24,158 nt of DNA from Candidatus Hydrogenedentota bacterium (GTDB lineage Bacteria > Hydrogenedentota > Hydrogenedentia > Hydrogenedentales > GCA-2746185): assembly GCA_046583315.1 (NCBI GenBank), contig JAYGCN010000088.1:1-24158 (forward strand). The letters run 5' to 3'. The notes beneath the pieces are model-generated. The model did no database searches. It had not been told where the DNA came from and was given only the letters and a program-made list of their open reading frames with translations. Shown piece by piece: positions 18,285-24,158 of this stretch. Positions within the stretch are counted from its first letter, which is position 1. Each line of letters starts with the position of its first letter. Made by a program: the position numbers and the translations under genes.

Positions 18285-18854
18285 ATGGGACGACTCGGTA
18301 CTTTCAAAAAAATGTGGCGGCTGTTGACGAAAAAGAGAGATGCTATGAAGTCGGGAAAAGGTGTAAATGTTCATCATCATCGGATCGAATCCATGGATGG
18401 AAAAACTCGAACGCTCGCTGACTGGTCGGGCCAGGTGCTGATGCTGGTCAACGTCGCCTCGAAATGCGGACTCACCCCGCAGTACGAACAGTTGGTCGAG
18501 ATTCATAAAAAATATGGAGACCAGGGTTTCGCGGTACTCGGATTTCCAGCGAACAATTTCATGAGCCAGGAACCTGGAAGCAACGAGGAGATTAAGACCT
18601 TCTGTTCGACCACCTACGGCGTCGATTTCGATGTGTTGTCCAAGATCTCAGTCGCCGGCGACGATATCGACCCGTTGTACGCTGCCCTGACGTCGACCGA
18701 TGTCAACGGCGAACTCGGCGGGGACATCGAATGGAATTTTGCCAAGTTCATCGTCAATAAACAGGGCGACGTCGTTGCGCGTATCCACCCCAAGACGCTT
18801 CCGAATGATGCAGACGTGATCGCCTGCATAGAATCAGAACTCCAACACGATTGA
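18285..18854 (+). CDS. Glutathione-peroxidase-family peroxidase (Cys type); start may be 18345
   Basis: VNVASKCGLTPQY (Cys = TGC 18465-67), GFPANNF..QEPG, FC block, WNFAKF. Confidence 0.95.
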   Translation: MGRLGTFKKMWRLLTKKRDAMKSGKGVNVHHHRIESMDGKTRTLADWSGQVLMLVNVASKCGLTPQYEQLVEIHKKYGDQGFAVLGFPANNFMSQEPGSNEEIKTFCSTTYGVDFDVLSKISVAGDDIDPLYAALTSTDVNGELGGDIEWNFAKFIVNKQGDVVARIHPKTLPNDADVIACIESELQHD

Positions 18855-19192
18855 TGGTTAAGCTGACGACATCGAAAGATGACTCCTTCGTGGAATACGT
18901 GTGCGATCAGCTCGTCGATTTCGAGATCGTCACCTACAAGGCGATGTTTGGCGGCTACGGTCTCTATTGTGGCGATATCTTCTTCGGCATCGTGTTTGAC
19001 GGAAGCCTCTATTTCAAAACGGACGAGACGTCGCGCCTGAAATACGCAGGTTACGAATCCGAACCATTCCAGCCCAACGCCAAACAGACGCTGAAATCCT
19101 ACTACGAGGTTCCTGTGGAAATCATTGAGAACGCAATTGAAATGGTCGTCTGGGCCGAGGAGGCCTATGCCGTCGCGACGACCGTCCGCTAA
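18851..19192 (+). CDS. TfoX/Sxy N-terminal-domain protein
   Basis: AMFGGYGLY...FFGIV...LYFK, PF...SYYEVP, WAEEA; overlaps the peroxidase stop. Confidence 0.9.
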   Translation: MMVKLTTSKDDSFVEYVCDQLVDFEIVTYKAMFGGYGLYCGDIFFGIVFDGSLYFKTDETSRLKYAGYESEPFQPNAKQTLKSYYEVPVEIIENAIEMVVWAEEAYAVATTVR

Positions 19193-19402
19193 AAGAGTGC
19201 GCCCCGCAATCCGGGAGGAGTGTGGGCACTTGCGTCCGGATCGCGAGGCGCGGGGCTGTCAGGTAATACTGTATAATGTCTTTGACATGTATTCTATTCA
19301 CCGCGAACCCAAAATCATGTCACAAATTTTCTCTCGATTTGCTCCGAAATTAGGCATCATTCGCTCCAACTTGCTAGAATGACACCCGGAGACCACCCTA
19401 GC

Positions 19403-20257
19403 ATGCCCCACTACCTGAAATTGTACCCCGTCAGCAGGCGATTCAGCCTTCTGCACCCATTTATCGGCGTGGGATTCGCGATGATGCTCACCGGATGTGG
19501 AGCTCCCGCGATGAGCGGCATCGTCCGTAACGTGGAAGGTGAGGCACTGCCCGGAGTGAGTATTCAGGTCGCCGGTAGCGATACAGTTGCGGTGAGTAAC
19601 GCCCGGGGCGAGTATCGATTGGATGTCGGCTCGGGTCGTCATACGATTGTATATGCGAAAGGCGGATACACTGTTTCTCGCCTGGAGGTGACCAACGATG
19701 TCGACGCGGCCGAATCGATTCCCGTGGTCAAGCTCTGGAATCTGCCCCCCCAGAAAAGCGTTTTCCTCTACGACAACACACTCTATACGCCCACGACATG
19801 GGTGATGCCCAAGCGGTTTTACATGGCCGACGGCACCATCGATTATGGCACGCAGCGAATTCCAGAGGCCGTTACCGATAAGCCCGTCCCGACGATTTTG
19901 TTTTACCGTACACCGCGCTACGATGCTCGCCTCACGCGCCTGCAAGAAAAAGAGGCGCAGTTGCCACAGGACGACAAACAGAAATTCAACATCTGGGCTG
20001 CGGGGGGGACGGTGGGCGTGGATCTTGAACCGGTCGATCCCGCTGACCCCACACTGATGCGTCTTATTTTTACCGAGGCCCTTCAGCCGGGTCTCTATGC
20101 GATCCACTGGGGTGCGCTGGAAGGCTACACCGTTATCGATGAACGCATCTATTTATTTGAAGTGATACCTCAAGAGAATCCGGATTTCGACGAAGTGGCT
20201 CCGAGATTCGAGGATACGACCGCAGGACCTAACGTTGTCGAAGGAGATGCGCCGTAA
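19403..20257 (+). CDS. Putative lipoprotein with N-terminal carboxypeptidase-regulatory-like beta-sandwich and an unassigned C-terminal region (ORF open from 19379)
   Basis: Hydrophobic stretch with lipobox LTGC; SGIVRN.EGEALPGVSI...SNARGEY.L....G.HTI...K.GY pattern. Confidence 0.7.
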   Translation: MPHYLKLYPVSRRFSLLHPFIGVGFAMMLTGCGAPAMSGIVRNVEGEALPGVSIQVAGSDTVAVSNARGEYRLDVGSGRHTIVYAKGGYTVSRLEVTNDVDAAESIPVVKLWNLPPQKSVFLYDNTLYTPTTWVMPKRFYMADGTIDYGTQRIPEAVTDKPVPTILFYRTPRYDARLTRLQEKEAQLPQDDKQKFNIWAAGGTVGVDLEPVDPADPTLMRLIFTEALQPGLYAIHWGALEGYTVIDERIYLFEVIPQENPDFDEVAPRFEDTTAGPNVVEGDAP

Positions 20258-20297
20258 ACGCTGCGTAGCCCGTCGTGTTTTTTAACAGGAGTACAGA

Positions 20298-21248
20298 ATG
20301 AAAAAGCAGTTTGTGGATACCCTCCAGGATGGAGATGTGGTGAACGACTATTTCGTGGCCACCCGGAAAGACTTGCGCGACACCCAGGCCGGCGGGAAAT
20401 TTCTCGGCATGGTGTTCAAGGATAAAACGGGCGATATCGGCGGGGTTATGTGGAACAACGCCGTGTCCGTATCGGGCCTCTTCGAAGTGGGAGACGTGGT
20501 CAATGTGCGTGCCACCGTGAATACATATCAGAATCGCTTGCAGCTGCGCGTTGACCAGGTACTGCCGATGAAAGAATCTGAGTACGACACCGAAGACCTC
20601 GTCTTCACACCGGAAAATACGACCGACGTCGCGTCCGCGTTCATTCAGATTATGCAAAGCATCGAGAACCCCCACCTGAAGGCTCTAATCGATGTCAGTC
20701 TGGCAGATGAAACGCTTATGGCGGAGTTCAAGGCCTGTGCAGCGGGGAAAAAATGGCATCACGCGTTTCGCGGCGGATTGATTCTACACTGCTACGAAAT
20801 GGCCCGCATCGCCGAAACCATGTGCGAGCTGTTTCCGAAGCTCGACCGCGATCTGTTAATGACCGGCATCTTTTTTCACGATATCGGAAAGGTGCAGGAA
20901 TTGTCGCAAGGCATGTACATCGACTATACGACGGCCGGGAAACTCATTGGGCACCTGGAGATGGGTTGCACGATCGCCAACAAGAAAATGGACGCGCTCG
21001 ATGGATTCCCCGATGACTTGCGCATGCAGATTCATCACATGATTCTGTCGCACCACGGCGAAATGGAGATGGGCTCGCCCGTTGTGCCCAAGACGCTGGA
21101 AGCCATCGTGCTCGCGCATATTGATAATCTCGATGCGCAGGCCAATGCCTTCGACAATGTTATCGAGGCAAACAAGACCAAGGGTCAGGAATGGTCCGAG
21201 TACATCGGCATGATCGATCGCCAAATTTGGAACAAGGATTTTTCGTAG
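20298..21248 (+). CDS. yhaM: YhaM/Cbf1-family 3'-5' exonuclease (OB fold + HD domain)
   Basis: OB region (DKTGDI..VMW, YQNRLQL); HHAFRGGLILH, FHDIGK, GKLIGH, SHHG, IDNLDA; SD AGGAG. Confidence 0.88.
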   Translation: MKKQFVDTLQDGDVVNDYFVATRKDLRDTQAGGKFLGMVFKDKTGDIGGVMWNNAVSVSGLFEVGDVVNVRATVNTYQNRLQLRVDQVLPMKESEYDTEDLVFTPENTTDVASAFIQIMQSIENPHLKALIDVSLADETLMAEFKACAAGKKWHHAFRGGLILHCYEMARIAETMCELFPKLDRDLLMTGIFFHDIGKVQELSQGMYIDYTTAGKLIGHLEMGCTIANKKMDALDGFPDDLRMQIHHMILSHHGEMEMGSPVVPKTLEAIVLAHIDNLDAQANAFDNVIEANKTKGQEWSEYIGMIDRQIWNKDFS

Positions 21249-21269
21249 CACGCGAACGCGCATTGGGGC

Positions 21270-21298
21270 TTGATTGATCCCGCAGGGCATCCTATACT
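21270..21298 (+). promoter_or_regulatory. Candidate sigma70 promoter for the ceramidase-like/hydrolase unit
   Basis: TTGATT (21270-75), 17 nt, TATACT (21293-98), 46 nt before the ATG at 21345. Confidence 0.65.
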
Positions 21299-21344
21299 CA
21301 AGCTCTGAATAATCACGTATCGCACGAGATCGAGAGGTAGGAAA

Positions 21345-22814
21345 ATGCAACTTCAATCAATCATTCGCTTAGTATTTGTGTGTTCCGTCGGCGTTGCTAC
21401 GCTGTTGTGGAGCGATCCGGGTCATGCCGCAGGCACCTTCAAGGCTGGTTTTGCCAAGGCAGATATAACACCCACCGCACCCACGCCCATGTGGGGCTAT
21501 GGCGCACGTCACGATTGGCTCTCAAGGGGCGTACGCGACCCCTTGCACGCCAAAGCGCTGGTTATAGACACAGGCGATGCCAAACTCGCCTTGGTCGGTC
21601 TGGATCTCGGACGTTCACCGGGCGATCCCGATTTCACCCGTATTGCCCTAGCCGTAGAGGCCAAGGCTGGCGTGACTCACGTGATGCTCGTCGGCTCGCA
21701 TACCCATCATGGCCCGGTCCTGGAGCTGCTGGATGAAGAAGGTATGGGTAAGGGGACCTTTGACGCGGCGGTCGCGTATCGCAAGGAGCTCGAAGCCAAG
21801 CTGGTGGACATCATTGTCGAGGCCGCAGGTAACACGCAGGATGCCCGCATAGGTTGGACCTCTGAGCATGTGGACATGAACCGGAATCGGCATTCGAAAA
21901 TCGATCCCAAACCACGCGATACCGAGCTGTCCGTCGTGCGATTTGATGATCTCTCAGGTAATCCGATTGCCGTCATGGTCAATTTTTCGGCCCATCCGAC
22001 CACGCTACACACGGCGGACCTTCGATTTTCTGCGGAGTATCCCGGTGTGATGATGAACACTGTCGAGGCGGCGCTGGACACGAACTGTTTTTTCATGCAG
22101 GGCTCGTCGGGCGATATGTCCATCAAAACCATCGCGGAAGATGCGATGGCTGGAGACGATCGCGCGCTCGACAGAGCAACGTTTTCCAAGGAGCAGCATG
22201 CGCACCTGATGACGCTGGGAAAACGATCCGCCGAAGAGATTACCGAGATTCAGGCATCGTTTATTCGTGATGAAGCGCGCATGGTGAATTATGGAAAACG
22301 TCTCGGCGTGAAAGTGATCGAACTCGCGAAAGAGATCACGACAGCCGTTCCGGAGAAACCTTCGATCAAGGGGCAGTATCAGGACTTCAACTTTGTGAGT
22401 CGCGTTAATTTTGAAAGCAAATTTGTGCAAGGCATGTTCCGTCAGGCGTTTTTCAAGGAACTGGCCGACGCATCCATTGGGGACGTCGCGGACAACGTGA
22501 TCAAAACCAAATTAACCGTCGTTCTGTTGAATGACGAGCTGGCCATGGTCGGCGGCTCAGGCGAATTCTTCAGTTCCCACGCCAACCGCCTCAAAGAACG
22601 GTCCGGCGCAAAGAAGACACTGTTTTTCGGCTACTGCAACGGCCACAACATGTATTTCCCGACCATAGAGGGGGTTTCACAGGGCGGATACGGCGCTGAT
22701 CCGGAAGTGTCCTGGGTCGCCGTCGGGGCGGGCGAGACGATGATGAACGAAGCGCTCATCGTGCTCTACGAATACCTGGGGAAAATATCCCGCAAGCAGC
22801 TGGGCGGGGTATGA
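21345..22814 (+). CDS. Secreted neutral/alkaline ceramidase-like metallohydrolase
   Basis: Signal peptide; AGFAKADITP, MWGYGAR, DPLHAKAL, SHTHHGP, NR, FSAHP, QGSSGD, GEFF, GYCN, Y.PT motifs; substrate unknown. Confidence 0.8.
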   Translation: MQLQSIIRLVFVCSVGVATLLWSDPGHAAGTFKAGFAKADITPTAPTPMWGYGARHDWLSRGVRDPLHAKALVIDTGDAKLALVGLDLGRSPGDPDFTRIALAVEAKAGVTHVMLVGSHTHHGPVLELLDEEGMGKGTFDAAVAYRKELEAKLVDIIVEAAGNTQDARIGWTSEHVDMNRNRHSKIDPKPRDTELSVVRFDDLSGNPIAVMVNFSAHPTTLHTADLRFSAEYPGVMMNTVEAALDTNCFFMQGSSGDMSIKTIAEDAMAGDDRALDRATFSKEQHAHLMTLGKRSAEEITEIQASFIRDEARMVNYGKRLGVKVIELAKEITTAVPEKPSIKGQYQDFNFVSRVNFESKFVQGMFRQAFFKELADASIGDVADNVIKTKLTVVLLNDELAMVGGSGEFFSSHANRLKERSGAKKTLFFGYCNGHNMYFPTIEGVSQGGYGADPEVSWVAVGAGETMMNEALIVLYEYLGKISRKQLGGV

Positions 22815-23606
22815 GACCAGCCTTCACGGTAGCGTTTCTGGTCGGCTGGGCTGTTACAAGTCTCGCGGCTGCACAGGAAAAGAAACTGCCGCTTGAGGGC
22901 GAAGTATTCTCTGTATCCGGCCACGAGGCGTTCGTGATTCTGCCGGAAGACGCTAAATCCAGTGAAGGACATCCCGTGGGTGTGGTACGCGCCCACCTTG
23001 GCGCCCTATCCTGGCTCAGAAGAGCGCTGGATGCTGCAGCAATTCACCTCCGCAGGTTTTGCCATCGCCGGGATTGACGTGGGGGAGTCCTACGGCAGTC
23101 CCGACGGCGTGAAACTCTATTCGGCATTGTACGATGAACTTGTAGTGAATCGAGGATTCGCCCCCAAGGTCACATTACTCGCGCGCAGTCGCGGGGGATT
23201 GATGTTGCTGAACTGGGCGGCGCGTTACCCTGAAAAAGTCGCATGCATTGCCGGCATCTATCCTGTCTGCAATCTGGAAAGCTATCCGGGCCTGGAGCGG
23301 GCATGCGGGGCCTATGGCTTGACCGCTGAGCAGCTTGAAGAACAGTTGTCCATACACAACCCTGTTAACCAACTCCAAGGACTGGCCTCGGCCAAGGTGC
23401 CCATCTACCTGCTGCACGGAGACTCGGACGAGGTCGTGCCCCTGGAAGCGAATTCGGGAACACTCGCAAAAAACTACCGCACGCTTGGTGGACCGATAAC
23501 CCTGCACGTCGTACCCGGTGGCGGTCATAGCATGTGGGAAGGCTGGTTTCACCACCAACGGCTCGTGGATTTCGTATTGAATTTTGGACAGTCCCGTCGC
23601 CGCTAG
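22811..23606 (+). pseudogene. Secreted alpha/beta hydrolase split by a +1 frameshift (about 264 aa if joined); pseudogene or assembly error
   Basis: ORF from 22811 (ATGA overlap with upstream gene) gives signal peptide + LPLEGEVF..AFVILP. The +1 frame, open from 22938, gives PWVWYAP, ARSRGG nucleophile elbow, HGDSDEVVP, GGH. Confidence 0.8.
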
Positions 23607-23662
23607 AGTATGCATACCCTGTCCTTATCTTCAGGGATACGACGTAGCAGGAGAACAGTATC

Positions 23663-24064
23663 ATGAGCGACGACGAGTTTATCAAGGCATTTGAGGCGGC
23701 GGGGATTTCACGAGACGACTGGACTCACGAGGCGCACATTCGCATGGGGTGGATTTATTGTCAGCGAGAAGAGACCTGCCAAGGGGCCACAGATCGCGCA
23801 CGTGCGGGTATCAAGGCGTTGAACCAAGCCGACGATATACCCGCAGGCTTCTACCACGAAACCGTTACGGTTGCGTTTATGGCACTCATCTGGTCCCGTG
23901 CGCAGGCGGGCCCTAAAACATGGGCCGATTTTTTAGCCAGCAACCGTGATCTGATAAGCACCGACTCGTCGGCATTGGCGCGGCATTACTCGACAACACT
24001 CCTGGAATCCGATGAGGCGCGTACCGAATACGTGGTACCGGATCTGGAACCACTGCCCGCCTAA
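23663..24064 (+). CDS. Conserved hypothetical protein
   Basis: SD AGGAG; SDDEF..AFE, WTHEAHIR, YHETVT, HYS..LL.S..AR...V.PDL pattern recalled from uncharacterised bacterial proteins. Confidence 0.75.
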   Translation: MSDDEFIKAFEAAGISRDDWTHEAHIRMGWIYCQREETCQGATDRARAGIKALNQADDIPAGFYHETVTVAFMALIWSRAQAGPKTWADFLASNRDLISTDSSALARHYSTTLLESDEARTEYVVPDLEPLPA

Positions 24065-24158
24065 CGCAGCGATTCGGGAGCGTTTGCCCGCTTCTACGGA
24101 TGCAGAAAAATGTACCGAAGGCGACCTGTGCCCACAACAGAAAAGGCCGGAGCGAGAA

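Noticed and set aside
18465..18467. Selenocysteine in the peroxidase
   Set aside because: The active-site codon is TGC and there is no in-frame TGA
18851..19192. Natural-competence regulator locus
   Set aside because: Only the TfoX N-terminal domain is present, a widespread stand-alone form; no competence genes in the window
19267..19284. LexA (SOS) box after tfoX
   Set aside because: Only the left half TACTGTAT matches CTGT-N8-ACAG; the right half reads TTTG
19298..20107. 269-aa - strand ORF opposite the lipoprotein
   Set aside because: The + strand ORF has a lipobox and a recognisable domain and matches neighbour orientation; the - strand ORF has no motifs
20298..21248. Cas3-type HD nuclease or defence system
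   Set aside because: OB + HD architecture fits YhaM; no helicase, cas genes or repeat-spacer array seen
24065..24158. Possible terminator or gene end at the window edge (AAAAGGCCGGAGC...)
   Set aside because: Truncated by the window; the second stem arm is not visible

Overview
Bases 1-14.7 kb are a bacterial ribosomal-protein supercluster on the + strand: 3' end of tuf, rpsJ-rplCDWB-rpsS-rplV-rpsC-rplP-rpmC-rpsQ, rplNXE-rpsN(Zn type)-rpsH-rplFR-rpsE-rplO-secY-adk-map-rpmJ-rpsMK-rpoA-rplQ, closed by an intrinsic terminator. rpmD (L30), infA and rpsD are absent from their usual slots. The last 9.4 kb hold envelope, lipid and stress genes: class 3 lipase (- strand), VanZ, class A PBP, Cys glutathione-peroxidase-family protein, TfoX-N protein, a lipoprotein, YhaM-like OB/HD nuclease, a secreted ceramidase-like hydrolase, a +1-frameshifted alpha/beta hydrolase and a small hypothetical protein. 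I see no CRISPR, tRNA, rRNA or mobile element and no convincing novel multi-gene system. The best oddities are an apparent GCG start for rpmC, three clustered substitutions in a conserved S10 motif, the split hydrolase, structured spacers that could be ribosomal leaders, a likely leaderless vanZ-PBP transcript and a structured spacer after tfoX. Several may be assembly errors and need read-level checks. All calls come from motif recognition; no database searches were run.
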